DNA of 64,000 nucleotides from Octopus sinensis (GCF_006345805.1 NC_043010.1:4402001-4466000), one strand, 5' to 3'. Shown: positions 14,544-29,906, counted from the first letter of the stretch. A program made the numbers and translations. The notes: generated by a model from the letters alone, not told the origin.

Positions 14544-15951
14544 CTGAAGAGAAAAAGAAAGAAAATATAAACTATACAGAAAGAAATACTCAGGGATTCT
14601 TGACAGAGATAGGAAAGGAGGTTAAAACACATTATATTGTTTAAATATTATGTTATGAAAATGACACTGTAGGTGATATATTTAACGACTGAAGTAATAT
14701 ATCATTTATTTGCTATGGTTAAAAGAAACTAGGAGTTATGTTCCCTAATAGTCTCTGAAGCAAAAAGAATATAAGATATTCTTAAATTATTTCCTTGTTT
14801 AGAGCATAGCGAGATCAAAATATTCGTACATGCTTATTAATTTGGTTGTTAAAGTATGGTATAAATGACATTTCTGCTCTCAAAATTTTAAATTATATAT
14901 TAAGAAACTGTGAACTTTGAACTGATTGAAAAACAGACACAGACACACACAGAGACACATACACACACACACACACTGACACTGTGTGTGTGTATGTATA
15001 TATATATATATACACACATAAAAATAGAGACACATATATATATATATATTCATATAGTTGGACACATATGTGCATGGCTGGGAGGTAAAAGAGTTTCCTA
15101 CACAAGTGGACTGACTACAACACTGTATGTCAAAACCTTAACAGATGTAAGTTGTAAAAAGCACAGACACACACATGCTTAATCATATATACACACACGT
15201 ACGTACACACAAACAATCACACATAAATGGTTTTGTGTTCAAGTCCTATTGTAAAATATTTTCAGCAAGTGTCCCTATTTAACAAGTGCTTGAGGTTGAT
15301 TAGGTGGAATTTCATGGATGGAAGCTACTATCTTATGAATGGAAGTACTTAGACAGTACCTACGTATATACATATGAGTTTGTAGTTAAAACTGTAATTA
15401 TTTGATACTATATGACATTTTCATGTGAAAGGATTCCCTGGAAAGAATTTTACCTTGTATGTAAACACTAAAGCCTTCTCTTTTCTCTTGATTCCTAAAC
15501 TACTGACAAACTACGAAGGAAAATAAAATAAAAACATACATATTCTATGAATTTCATCTCCAGATTAATTATTTCCATCTTTAACAAAATGTTTCCATTC
15601 ATAAAATGTTTAAGTCACAAGTCACATGTTATATCATGCTGATGGTTTCAAAAATGAATGAAAGAGTTCTATACATGATGCATTGTCGAACAGATCGATT
15701 CCCTTCCTGTTGCTAACCCTTATTTGATTCCCAAGCATTAAGGAATCTCACGAAAGGGCAAAGTGAGCAGATGATTTGTTTGTAGACAAGTGGACTGACT
15801 ACAACACTGTATGTCAAAACCTTAACAGATGTAAGTTGTAAAAATCACAGACACACACATGCTTACTCATATATACACACACACGTACGTACACACACAC
15901 AAGCACACACAAACGCACATGTACAAGCATATATATATTTGTATATATAAA

Positions 15952-16167
15952 GGCGGCGAGCTGGCAGAAACGTTAGCACGCCGGGCGAAATGCGTAGCCA
16001 TATTTCGTCTGCCGTTACGTTGTGAGTTCAAATTCTGCCGAGGTCGACTTTGCTGTTCATCCTTTCGGCGTCGATAAATTAAGTACCAGTTACGCCCTGG
16101 GGTCGATGTAATCGACATAATCCGTTTGTCTCCTCTGTGTTTAGCCCCTTGTGGGCAGTAGTGAAAT
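15952..16167 (+). mobile_element. tRNA-derived SINE, family B
   Basis: ggcggcgagctggcagaaacgttagc head, gagttcaaattc B-box, shared body; other copies at 21042, 26000, 59922. Confidence 0.85.
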
Positions 16168-16869
16168 ACATATATATATTTGTATATATAGTTCCCAGGG
16201 CTAGAAAATTTGTTACTTCAAATTCCTCCTGTTGGTTATCTTAACATGTATCATAACTGGATTCCAAGAGGCTCTTCATGTAATCACATACATACCTATG
16301 TATCTTACTCAAACCTCCATGATATTAATTGCATCTTTCTTTCATGTAAAATATATTGGAAGTATAGGAGGTTTAATAACTATCTTACTCTAACTAATAA
16401 ACAAATTGTGTATGTTAAATAAGAATGGTAAAAGCCAAGTTTAAGAAATGATTAACCAACCACACTACTTCTTTCAGGTGTTTCAGTGAGAGAAAAACAA
16501 CTGTATTAAATAATATAATTTAATATAATTTGTATAAAGTTCTCTCTTTTTGTCTCATGTAACCCATATTATGATATATCATCATCATCACCACCATCAT
16601 TACATTTTGTTTATTCATAATTCATAAAATGTGACTCTTCACTACTAATGTACATATATTTCCTGTATCATCCATGCTGGTGGGCATGTAAAGAACATCT
16701 TTTGAACATTGGGCCTCATGGAGGCAAAGTGACTGAGCTCCTCTTGAGCATTAGGCCTTATAGAGGCAAAGCGGCTGAGTTCTTTGGGCCTCACAGAGGC
16801 AAGGTGGCTGAGTTCTTTTCAGGTGTTGGGCCCCATGGAAGCAATGACCAAAACTTTTGGTATTATGTC

Positions 16870-17186
16870 ATGCTTGAAAAGAAGACCCATCAAGCTGAGC
16901 AAAATCACAGTCAAGGCAGATACTGGTGTCACGCAAATTGGCACCTGTGCCAGTAGCACATAATTGCACCACCAGTGTCATGCAAATGGCACATAAGAGC
17001 CCCCTTTACACTCTCAGAGTGGTTGGCATTAGGAAGGGCACCCAGCCATAGAAAACCATGCCAAATCAGACTGGAGTCTGGTGCAGCCTTCCAGCATGCC
17101 AGCCCAATTAAACCATCTGACCCAAGCCAGCATGGACAATGGATGTTAAATGATGATGATGATGATGATGATGACGATGATGATGA
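16870..17186 (+). mobile_element. SINE/LINE-tail family D with (GAT)n tail
   Basis: ggcattaggaagggcacccagcc...ccagcatgg...ggatgttaaatgatgatgat; inverse copies near 55760 and 56950. Confidence 0.7.
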
Positions 17187-18021
17187 TATATACTGTATGT
17201 GGTGCTTTGTTTCCATGAATTTAAAACAGCATTAATTAATTATTAATACCTTTGTGACTTTTTGGCCACCCTATGAAAGTATTAATGTCCTCTTTTCCAT
17301 GCTCACATGAGTTGGGCTGAATTTTGTTGTGGCAAATCTTCTATGGCTGGATGCCCTTTCTGACAGCAAACCTCACCTGTTTCCAACTAAGATAATATAT
17401 CCTCCCTCGTGAACAAACAAGCTTGTACAGAAAATTGAAAATGAAGGACATGCTTGCATGAGGGTGATACCTGTTTCAACTATCACACAGTATCAAAGTA
17501 AGGAAACAGTAACACACAACCACACACACACACACACACACATATGCACACTCACACACACACACACGCATGCGCATGCACACTCACATGTATACATACA
17601 TATATGTATATGATGGTCATCTTTTGGTTTCCATCTACTAACTCCACTCAGAAGGTTTTGGTTGGTTTAAGGCTACAATAGACATTTACCCAAGGTACCA
17701 TGTAGTGGGACTGAACCCCAAACCACATAGTTGGAAAGCAAACTTTTTACCACACAGCCACATCTGTATTTAATATATGGGTGGGTATGTGAATGAAGGC
17801 TGTGTTTAGAATTTCACTGTATTTTTTCGCATTCTTTAAAATACAAAACATAGCTGTTTGCAAGTGAGTAAGACTTGTTAGCATGAACCATCCTTTTGTT
17901 AATTATTATAGTTACCTCCCTTCCAACCCTCGACAGGTGAGAGAGGGAGAGAGAGAGAGAGAAAGAGGGAGAGAGAGAGAGAAGGAAAGTGAGTGAGTGA
18001 GTGAGAATCGCCCAACATTAA

Positions 18022-18244
18022 CCCTTTAGCATTTAATCTGGCAATATCCGGCCCAAATATTCCACCTGTTTTATGTTAAAACTGTCTGGATCCAACCTCT
18101 CACACCTACCCTACAATGTCATTTTAAAAATATACAGCCACACAATTTAAATTTTTGAAGTCACAAAATAATATGTGATTATAATTCAAAACAGTATGAA
18201 TAAATAAGTAATAAATTTCACAAAGAAGTCTGACTGCTAAAGGG
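18022..18244. mobile_element. piggyBac-like MITE
   Basis: TTAA|ccctttagca ... tgctaaaggg|ttta; TIRs with a TTAA-type target; related copy at 21803. Confidence 0.75.
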
Positions 18245-19970
18245 TTTAGCTGGTTGTCATTTTCAGTCAAGCAGACAGGAGCAATACGAACTGAAAGACA
18301 TTGCTGATGGTCACATGACATTCAGCCATAGCATCATGGTTGTGAGCCAACAACCTAACCATTAGGCTATGTGCCTTTACTTTTTAAATACTGTTTTATT
18401 TTTTTTGCATTACCTCTAGATACAACTAGTTGCACACTAATATGCTGTAGTACACCATCTTTGTATATTTTGGTTATTTTTTGTTTTTGGATTTGGTTTG
18501 CAAGATTCTTTATATGAGTTTGTGTGTTGAAGCATATTCTGTTGTGTCTGGGGAGAGTCATTTTCTTTTTGTGCCTTATTATGTAACACACTCACCGGTA
18601 AAATTTCCACGTTTTTCTTATTTTTATTGTCCTAAAATTTTCGTTGCCTCTTGCAACCTTTTCAATAGTTTTGACTCTTTTGAGAAATTGACTCTCCCCA
18701 AACACAATAGGTTATCATTTTATTTATACATTTTCATTTTGGAAGGTAGGAAACAGGTAGAATTGTTACAGTGTTGGGAATAAATGTTTTGTGCCGTTTT
18801 TTTCAGCTTTTTATTTTGTGAGTTCAAATCCTGCTCAGTTCAGCTTTACCATTTATTCTTTTGTGAGGGCTGGGTCGATAAAATAAAGTATCAATCAAAT
18901 ACTGAGATTGGTGGCATTGACTAAGCTCAACCCACCAATTGTTAGCCTTATCTTAAATTTATAAAGTATTTTATATATTTTTGTAGCATTTAACTTATTC
19001 ATTGTGATTGACTGGATCAGCAAATTTGAAATCTAAGATTGAACTTATTGTGATTAAAATTCTGTTGTCTTGGTAACTATGTTTAGAATATATATTATAT
19101 ATACTTCACTTCTGCAAGAGCAGTATAACTTATTATAGAAAGAAGAATATTGGAATCACCAAAACTAATGTAGGAGAAAGCTATAGAAATAACTGAACAA
19201 ACACTGAAGTATTTTGATAAATTAAAACTAATTAGCTGTCTTTTTTCTTGGAAAGTCAATAAATTAGATTCCTTCAAAGAGTGAGAAAAAAAATGAAAAT
19301 AATAATCGAAGACATTTAACCTTATAACCAACAGAGCCTATAGTCTAACACAAAAATATGCAGTGACATTGGATATTTTTTTCCTGATCATTCATGTGTG
19401 TTTAATTCAGCCAACCGGAAAAGATAAGTATTATAGAAGGAAAGCAGCCTAAGTAGCTAGCGAGAAAGAATGAGTCTGCTGGTGGATAGAGGTGGGTGTG
19501 TAAAATAACACTTTGTGCATTACAAATGCATAATGAACACAGACCTAAGTAAGAAGAACTACCATATGGCATAAAACTGTTGACCGAATATGGTGCTGCA
19601 ATAGACAGACATATTCTCTAATTGAATTGAAATTGTGAATATTTTGAAGAAATGCCATAGAAATCGGCTGAGACATGTTGAGAAAACCAAGCAAGCTTAT
19701 AAGTAGATATGAAATAAAAATGAAAATATTTTGTCAGAATAAAAGATGATGGACAATTTTTTTTTTATATTAATAGTTGGTTTTGTTTTCTTGCAGATTT
19801 CAAGGTGTATAACTAAGCGTTTAACTGTACCCACACATGTGCAGACACATGGACATGCATACATTCATATGCATGTATGTGTGTGCATATATATATGTGT
19901 ATATATTTTTCTCTTTATAAATGTATATTTGTATATTCATCTGTATATGTGTATGCATTTGTGTGTGTGT

Positions 19971-20012
<42 letters not shown>

Positions 20013-21041
20013 TATGTGTGAATACACAGACAGAAGCATGCATACATTGCCTGCTACTGTTTATACTAACAAGTCTTTGTGTAACGTATGTAATATTCAG
20101 CAAGGAAAACTGGGTGAAGGATTAAGCCAAACAGAATCTATTAGATCTAAGCAATGAATTATGGCAAGATTAAAGAATTTAGAAGCATATTGTTGGGAAG
20201 TAATTTTGAAAACATACTGAGCGTTAGTATGAGATAAAGGTGTTAGTGTGGTGGAATAGAAGATTAGCTTTTAGTAATCTAAGGTAACCACTCAGCTTTA
20301 ATTCTTAGACATATTTACCATGCTTTACCTATATCACTAGTTTTTATGAGAAAGGCATGATCATTACAACTTCCAATTTCTTCTTTAAAATAGTTTAGTT
20401 TCACTTGAATAAACAGCTCACCTCCTTCAGTCACTAAGACAAAGAAAACAATAAACAGATATGATTTGAGTTTGCATAAAACAGAAGTCAGATATATACA
20501 GGATTCACCTGTAAAATTTATTTTTAATTATTGCAAATTCATTCTCATCATTTGTCAAACATACTGCTTATGTAGTAATCATCATTGTTATTACTATTGT
20601 CATCGTTATTATCATTATTTTTATTATTATTGTTTTCATCATCATTGTTATTGATCAGGTGGTGAAGCATGACCTTCGAACATTGGGCCTTACCAAAGCA
20701 ATGACTAGTGACCGAGACCTTTGGAGATATGCTGTGCTTGAGAAAACCCAACAAGTCAAGTGAGACCATAGCCCATGACCCTCTTTCATTATAAGTCCTT
20801 CAAGACCGGTAATAGGGATGGAGGGAAGGAGTAAGGCATCCTCAAATTGGAGACCTAGCCTGGATGGTTGCAATGGGGCAAACTCCATTAAAGGTACACA
20901 AGATACCAGGTGGTGCTGTTAAAATGATTATATTAGATTATCTCCCTTGCCTGTCATTCCTGGGTTTTAAACACTCCCAGATAAAGTTTTTGCCTACCAA
21001 TTACTTGTGTAATCAAGAAGCTCACTTCTCAACCATATGTG

Positions 21042-21266
21042 TTTCATTATTACCCACTAGGGGCTAAACACATAGGGGACAAACAAGGACAGACAAATGA
21101 ATTAAGTCGATTACATCGACCCCAGTGCGTAACTGGTACTTAATTTATCGACCCCGAAAGGATGAAAGGGAAAGTCGACCTTGGCGGAATTTGAACTCAG
21201 AATGTAGCGGCAGACAAAATACGGCTACGCATTTCGCCCGGCGTGCTAACGTTTCTGCCAGCTCAC
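21042..21266 (-). mobile_element. tRNA-derived SINE family B with 20-bp flanking direct repeat
   Basis: Reverse complement of family B; gctcacttctcaaccatatg at 21020-21039 and 21261-21280. Confidence 0.85.
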
Positions 21267-21802
21267 TTCTCAACCATATGGTTTCTGGTTCAGTCCTAAT
21301 GGATGACACCTTGGACCAGTGTCTTCTGCAATATCTCCAGGCCAAACAGTGCTTTGTGAGTGATGAAAACTATGTGGAATCCCATCATGTATATATGTGT
21401 GTGTATGCATTATGCCTCTTTGTAGTTGTGGTGTTCTGCTGCCACCGCTTGAAAATCGATTTTGGTTTGTTTATGTCCCAGTAACTTAATGTTTTGCCAA
21501 CAAAGACCAACAGAGTAAATACTAGTGTTGATTTGTTCACCTAAACATGTCACAGTAGTGCCCCAGCATGGCCACAGTCCAGTTACTGAAACAAGTAAAA
21601 GATAATCACAGTTGATCAATGTTTTTGTAACTCACTATATTACCTAAATGAGAAATTGCTATATTTCTATTTTATGTATCTCAGATTGCATTAATTCACA
21701 AGTCAAAACAGAAACGATTCTGAGATGGTAGAGAAAAAATTGTTGGCATAGTAATTGTCATTGAGCCCTTGATCAATTCTGATTTGACTTACTTATTATA
21801 AA

Positions 21803-22023
21803 CCCTTTAGCATCTAAACCGGCCATATCCGGCTGAAAGTATTCTGCCTGTTTCATGGTCAAACTGGCTAGATCTTGTCTCTCACACCAAACCCTACAAT
21901 ATTGTTTTAAAAATTACAGGTACCTCATCAAAATCTCATTGCTACAAGATAATGCATGATTAGTTCAAAACAATGTGGATAAAAAAGGATTAATTTTGGC
22001 AGAATAATGCGAACACTAAAGGG
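21803..22023. mobile_element. piggyBac-like MITE
   Basis: ccctttagca ... actaaaggg|TTAA; internal sequence similar to 18022-18244. Confidence 0.75.
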
Positions 22024-23040
22024 TTAAAGGTATTCCATTCTCTTTTCCTAATGAACATGGTACCTAGAAGAACATTATCCAGTTATGCAATATTTCTTTT
22101 TTGTAGTGGTCATATAGTATCTATTTATGGTAATGTGGGCTGAACTTGTAAAAATCGAACCAGAGACTCAGTGTATCACCAATGATGAAACAAATTCTTA
22201 TCCTTTAGGCCTGTTGTTCATCACTTTATTGCCACATCTGCCTTTAAATCAAAACAGATTTTATTTAATTTTTTTAATTAACCCACCTTAGACCACTCAT
22301 ATTAAAATGCATATGATATCACAAGATTTTAATTAGGCAACATTAACACAATATGTATTTGTGCTGGTGCCACATAAAAATTACACAGTACACCCTGTTT
22401 AGTGGTTGGTATTAGAAAGAGCATCCAGCCTTAGAATATTATACTAAAGCATAGTTTCTGTTGCAGATATTGGAGCTTGGCACAGCATTCTAGCTCTCCA
22501 GCACCTGTTGACCTGTCCAGCTCATGCCATTATATTAAATAATTATGATGGCATTATACCTTGCTTTGGACCCTCAACTCTTGTGGGAGCCGTAGAAGTA
22601 CTGTCATAGCATATGATGCACCTTGTGCATTTTTTGACCTGGTGGAGTTCAGTCATTCCTGGATTAACCTCACTTGATTTCTTCCAGAAACAGCAAAAGG
22701 GAATTTGAGAATCAACCCTAGCATAGGAATGGCGCAATATCTGTTGATCCTCAAATGGACAAAAGTTAAAGCTGACTTTGCTGTGATCTGAACTCAGTGT
22801 GCAAAGATCTGGAACAAATATCACAATGCACATTAACCAATACTTTAATGACTTTGCCAATTCCCTACTTTCTGCACTAATACGCAGACACATGCACACA
22901 CACATGTATATTATCTATGTATATATATATGTGTGTGTGTATATGTATGTATATATTTATTATATATATATGTATGTATGTATGTATATATACATATATA
23001 TATATATGTGTGTACATGCATGTGTGTGTATGTATGCATG

Positions 23041-23107
<67 letters not shown>

Positions 23108-24422
23108 AATATGTATGTGTATGCATGTATATATTATGTATAAATATATTTATATAAATATTTTTATATTTCGGAATGGTCATTTTGCCAGTTCAGCCAA
23201 TAAACATACTATTTATATAAAGTTAGGGATATTTTGGAGAACCACTCCAAACACGTTCATTTTACTGAATATAAAGTAGAAAACACAAAGGCATTAGGAA
23301 TTCAAAATATAGTCACAAAAGAGTGTTAAAGGAGAGAAAAGTGCAGTTATTAAGTATAAATATTGCTAGTTCAGGGCATGGTAAAATGATTATTGAGCTG
23401 ATTGTTATAGTCTGGGATTTAATATTTAGAGCTAAATAGCTGAAGTCATTTATAATATATCAGCAACAACCAGTAGGAAGAGATTTCATTCTAAAAATAT
23501 AGATTGTATTTTTGATCATTAGATTTTAAAAAACAGATAGCAAATAGTGAAGGGGAAGAAAAAAAAAATGAACAAAGCTAACTAGCTGCTTTGTGGTGGG
23601 GGAAAAAAACGTTATTTCTTTTTTGAAAGCTAAATGTTTCTGTAACAAGTTTATAAAGCAGACATGAATTGTTTGAAAATTCTGAACTGAATTGTTGGAA
23701 ATTGTGAGCAGAAAAATTTTTGCAAAGAGAGAACAGTTTGAGTTTTATGTTTGAGAGAAAATAGAGCTTGGCTCATATTGAGTACAAGTAGAGTTATGTT
23801 TTTGACGGTGAAAGCAGATAAAAGTTGTCAGGATCTCATTAAACGAGATTGAAATCATTGCTCACGAATATAGCATTGGAGCACATATCCATAATAAGGA
23901 TGTAAGGAGAGAGGCGAATTGGGATTTTATGGCAAGTGTAGTGTTATGGGGAATGGGTGGTCATGATGGTAAAAGAGTGAATGAGGTTATTAGTAGCTAT
24001 CTTCCTGTGCACGCATAGCAGGCTGGGTAATTATCTTACAGGGTTGTAAAGCTAAAGAAAGTACACATGCAAATAACTGTTTGTAGTGTTTTTTACTTTT
24101 CTTTTCTTTTCTTTGCTATTTCTATTTACAGTACTTTGAATGTGTAAAAATATTAACAGAATCTGCCAACAATAAAATTGTCTTGTGACTAAGGTAGTTT
24201 TTTTTTTCTTTCTTTTTCTTTGTATCATAAAAAAAAAGTGGAGGGAAACAAAAAATATAAACAGCAAAACAAAAAAAAACCCCCAAAAAAAATTACAGCA
24301 TGTAAATGAGAAAAAGAACAGTTTGCTGACTTGCCAAAGAAAAGTGATATGATGACATTGAATGAAATAATGATAACAACAACAACAACAACGGCAATAA
24401 CAACAGCTACAATAATAACTAC

Positions 24423-24455
<33 letters not shown>

Positions 24456-25968
24456 AATAATAATAAGAAGAAGAACAACAACAATCACCATCATGATAAT
24501 GGAGTGGCGTGGTTAGTAAATAGAGTACTGAGGTCTTTGTGATTGGAGATATCGCTATGTTTCTGGAGAAACAACATATAAAGTTTCCGTATCAGAACAG
24601 GCAGCAGCATTCCCAATCAGTAAACCATGTGTAAGTACAAAAATAATGATACACTTGTTCGAGTTCAGGGTGTGTTTCACACATGCATGCATACATATAT
24701 ACACTCACATTTGCGCAATCGTATATAGATAAATACAAACACATAAACAAACAAAAGAAGTATATAAAGCAACTAGAAAAATGTATAATAAAATACAGTT
24801 ATCTCGAGTAAAGAATTTGTTGTGTTTGTTTTTTTATGTTTGCTTCGGAGTTTGTAATATATCTGAGTTGCAGAGGAAAGAAGAAAAGAAAAGAAAAATA
24901 TTTAAGAATATAACAAAAGAGAATTTGGAACCCCCTAATGTGAATTCTTCTTCAATACATAATAGGTAAACAATAGAAAATATGAAAACTGGTTGGAGCT
25001 GAAAAATTACCAAAAGAACTGATGAGGCAAAAATGATAGGATGGTGAGAGGAACATTATAAGGAAAATATGCTGCAAAAACATAAAAGGAGGAATATAAA
25101 GAAGAAATCAGTAATTCTTCAGGAACTTGCTAAAATAGAGAGTTGTCCTTTGGTGCACTGTTTGTTAGTGGGGGCAGAGTTAAGTCAACCAAATACTGCT
25201 GACTAAATATGGAAGAGAGAGAGACAGAGAGAGAGAGAGAGACAAAGGGAGAGGGAGAGGCAGGGGGAGAGGGAGAGACAGGGGGAGAGGGAGAGACAGA
25301 CAGAGGCCAATATAGATATCATTGTCTTTTTATATGTTTAGTATTTACATCACCATAAAAATAGCTAATGGAAGAAAATTATTTCCATTGGGTAGCCCTG
25401 CCCAGTTCTGCTTCAGCAAACCTAACGAGGATCTAGCAAAATGCTGAACTGATCATGGATAAGAACTAATCATGGAAGTCTATGTTGAGTGTATATAGCA
25501 TCTTTTATAGTGTAGGTTACCCCTTTATGGAGCTAGAAGAAAAATGTCAGAGAAAATGGTATTTAAGGAACACTGATCATATAATGCATTCAGTTAGTGG
25601 GTGATTTTAACTCTGGTCATTTTGTCAATATTTTGAGCTTATTATTCAGAAATTTAAGACATGCAGCAATATGCCAGAACAATTTTAAAAGTTCATAGGA
25701 CGTTTGAGCTTTTTGGATTCCACATTGATGATTCAAAAGTGGGAAACAATGAAAAAAACAGAAGTTGCAGTTATTACACACACACACACACATGCATACA
25801 CACATTATATATAAATATATATATATGTATGCATGTGTGTGTGTATATATATATATATATGTATATGTATATGTATATATATGTATATATATGTATATAT
25901 ATATATATATCATCATCATCATCATCATTTAGCGTCCGCTTTCCATGCTAGCATGGGTTGGATGGGTC

Positions 25969-26006
<38 letters not shown>

Positions 26007-26269
26007 TTCTTTATTGCCCACAAGGGGCCAAACATAGAGGGGGCAAACAAAGACAGACAAAGGGATTAAATCGATTACATCGACCCCAGTACGTAACTTT
26101 ATTTATCGACCCCGAAAGGATGAAAGGCAAAGTTGAATGAATGACTTCGCTAAGAAGTTTGCTTTCCAACCACGATTTCAGATTTGACAATGTGTGTGTG
26201 TGTGTGTGTGTGTATTTGGTGTTGGTGAAATAAACATCAAAGATGCTTTGGTCCATACAAAAACTGCAG

Positions 26270-27100
26270 GATTTACTTAAAGATATTGCAAACCCTTCTG
26301 ATGTTGACTAAAACTATTGCTATATTGAAAACCCTTGTGCATTTTCAGCAGCTATCTCCGAGTCATAAGCATTTCCCCCTCTTGCCCTTACTGTTTCCTT
26401 GAATGGGGTAGCAAGGTGTGAATTAGCCTTTACTGACAGAAAGCTTCTATCTGTTGTCTCTTATCAACCACAACAACCTTGATCTGGTCTCAGCTTATAT
26501 TCTCATAGTTATATTCTTGGTGATTTTCTTCAGTTGTTCCCAATCTTCTGCAAGAAACAGCATACTGATGTTGCTAAGAAACCATGGCAGCCAACTTTAG
26601 ATAATGAAGCTGCATGTCATCCTTTGATGAGAGTCTCACCAATCAAATCTTGATATTTGGCTTTTAGTTGGGGGAAAAATGTTGAGTCTCTCCAATCAGA
26701 GCTCTGTGAGTTCAGCCACAGAAACTGTTATTTTGCTCAAAGGTTGACTCAACAAGTCTGGTCAAGCTATGTTATTGCTAACTTTTCTGGAGTTTAGTTT
26801 ACCCTTCAGATCCACTTGCATCTCCCAGTTAGAGAGGTTTAGTGCAGAATTTAAAAAAATAGGTTACTATAAGCACTTTATGACTTTCCTTTGGAATCTG
26901 ATAATTTTGGGTGGTGATGCCTGTTCCTCATTGGCCATAACTCTCTACAAATCCGTCCTTACTTTCTGTGAAAACTGTGTCATACATCAACATAAACCAG
27001 CTTCTCCCACTATTCTAAAGCATCTGGTCAAAATGTGGTTCAGGGTGCAACTTTTTGCAAATTGATCTTTTCTCCTTGTTTCAGATTTGGGATTAGCAAA
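26270..27100 (-). mobile_element. Decayed Tc1-like transposase remnant
   Basis: Broken frames give ENIS*DQIKV (cf. WENVLWSDETKI) and TVRARGGN (cf. TVKHGGGS). Many stops. Confidence 0.3.
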
Positions 27101-28580
27101 AGGTGCAAAATTATCACAAATTGCAATAAAGATTTAATTTAGAATTTAATTTGCTTTGGAATCAATGCAAAAGAGTTTCTTGAGGAACATGTAATAAATG
27201 AAAGCATTTTTTATTTTATTTGCGTCAGTCAATAGACTGTGGCCATGCTGGGGCACAGCCTTGAAGAACTTTACTTGAATGAATTGACCCTGTTTTAAGT
27301 GATCATCACTTCTGTATACAACTGTCTACATCCATCCACATCAAATTCCTCTTATGCCCAACTTTTCCCTCAAAACTCCAACACTCTGTCACACATTTAC
27401 ACTGATGATGTACATCCAGCAGAGTATACTAGCTGTAGAAATGTGTGTATCTTTGTGTTCATCCCCTCCACCTTGACAATTAGTGCTTGTTGGTTTGTTT
27501 ATGTCCCTTTAACTTAGTGGTAAAAAGCCTGATAGAATAAGTATCAAACTTAAAAGTACTGGTGTCAGTTTGTTTGTTTACAGCTTTGAAGGTAGCGCTC
27601 CAGTATGGCCGCAATCTAATGACTGAAACAAGTAAAAACAAAGATAAAAAACAGAACAGTGAAGAAAATGGTAAAGTACCGAGTACCGAGTAAATGGTGG
27701 AGGACTAAGATAAACAGTAGCACATTTAGAAAATTGGAAACACAGCAGGAAAATGGCAAAGCTTTCTGCAAAATAGCGAAAGGCTAAGAAAAATAAATTG
27801 TTGAGCAACAACAAAAAAATGATAAACACCAAGAACAAAAGCTGGGGCAATAAGAGAATATGGTGAGACAGTAAGGAAAGTGATGGAGATGCACAAAAAC
27901 AACAAAATAAGGGAAAGAAATGATGAAGAAGCAATGAAAATATAACGAAAATACGAAAAATGTTGAAGTAGGATTTTGCTTCTTCCCTTTTAGACTCAAT
28001 ATTCAAATGTTAATTTTCCCACTCAGTATTGACAAACTATGTACCAGTAATATATTGAGATTTCAGGAAGTATCACTTGATCATTCAGCCTACTAGAAAT
28101 AGCAGCCGAATCTCCTTAAACTGCATTCTGTCATCTTAAAGAAAAGTAAAACATTAGGTTTTGGATAGGCCTGGTTGGAACACCTTTGATCATAGGTATG
28201 CCTGATCATTGCTATCCTGGGGCTAAATAAGATATAAGTTCTACAAAAAAAAAAAATTGACCATACACCTTATCAAAATAAGTCTAAGTTGTTTTGTTTG
28301 ATAAGTAAATAAATAATGTAAATGTGAAAAACTGTCTGAGCATGAGTGAATTCAGAAGATGATTGCTGTAATTGACTGCTTCAAATACAATATATGCGTG
28401 TGTATGTATATATATAATGTATATATAATGTATATATATAATGTATATACATGTGTATGTATACATTATATGAATATATGTGTGTATACAAACATATATA
28501 TATTTACTTGTATATGTATGTGTGAGTGTGTTTGTGTGTATAATGAGTATATACATATGCATGTATGTGTGTATAATCTA

Positions 28581-28611
<31 letters not shown>

Positions 28612-28618
28612 CATACAT

Positions 28619-28649
<31 letters not shown>

Positions 28650-29906
28650 ATATATATATATATATGAGTGCACACACACACATATATATATATACACATG
28701 AGCACGCACACACACACACACACACATATATATATACACACAAGCACACACACATATATATATACACATGAGCGTGCACACACACACACACACACATATA
28801 TATACACATGAGCGTGCACACACACACACACACATATATATATACACACACACACACACGCACACACACACACACACGTGCACTATTACAATATTCAAAC
28901 ATAAAGTACTTAGATCAAAGCACAAAAGTTTAAGCCTGGTGGGGACAAGTGGCAATATATACTATTCTGCAGGACTATATATACACACTGAAGAAAAAGA
29001 ACATGACTTTATACTGCATTTGGCTGAATTGATAGATGATGTTGATACAGTTGTGGCGGTGGTGGTGGTGGTGGTGTTGGGAAGAGAAGGATTAAGGAAA
29101 AGCTAGTTATTGTGAAGATAATACAATGCAGTGTTTGGAATGATCTACTTCAAAAGCTTAATTCATAATGCTGAATATATAGTATCTCAATGACATAAGG
29201 GGAACATTAAAATATGTTTAATATTTCTAGCCCTATATTCATCCTTCTAGATTTATGGAGAGCTTTAATCTTCTTTCAGGAACTTTAAAGCTTCAGTCAA
29301 CAGAGGAAGGAAGGACTTAGCTTTTGTCTTCCTTTTCCTTTTATAAAAGGAGAATGCATCAGAAAGTGACTGGAAAACCTCATCTGACAATTAGAGATTA
29401 GAACTTGTATTTTTTGGCTGCTTAGTTGCCTTAGTGCTTAAATCACGCAACAAAGAAAGTAAGCATTTTTCAAGATATCATAGAAAAAGAATATAATAAT
29501 CCAGGTAGCAGTATCAATTGTACACACTGCGCATAAGATTAGGTAAGAATGAGCGAATGAATTAGATTTCTTATATTCCTTTTTCGTTTGTTTGTTTTGT
29601 TTCCTGGAAGCCAGGTTTGATTAGTACAGCTAATATATACTTAGAAGATGTAGTAATTTAGAATTAGGGGAGGAAATAAAAGAAAATCACTTCTTAAGTG
29701 TTGCCATGTTATAGAGGAATGGTTAGATCTTCTCTTCAGTAAAGTATGTAAGAAAGGGGCTGGAATTTCTGTGGAAATAGATTCATTCTTTTGGGGGTTG
29801 ATAAAAAAAAGTAACAGTTGAGCTCTGGGGTCATTGTAATCGACTAAATCACTCCCCTCAAATTCCAGGCCTTGTACTATAGTAGAAAGGACTGTTTAGT
29901 TATGTC

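Noticed and set aside
15454-15510. 57-nt minus exon candidate (FVSSLGIKRKEKALVFTYK)
   Set aside because: Good splice sites, but open only in phase 0, which is incompatible with the long phase-1 frame of exon 14543. Unresolved.
19095-19331. 78-aa minus ORF with acceptor-like site
   Set aside because: Weak donor and no homology recognised.
21636-21643. 8-nt minus microexon candidate; also AG|GT recursive-site-like motif near 20508
   Set aside because: Frame-shifting, gives a stop in the needed phase; expected by chance.
24524-24630. Plus exon candidate ending in gtaagt
   Set aside because: Poor acceptor and no linkable neighbouring exons.
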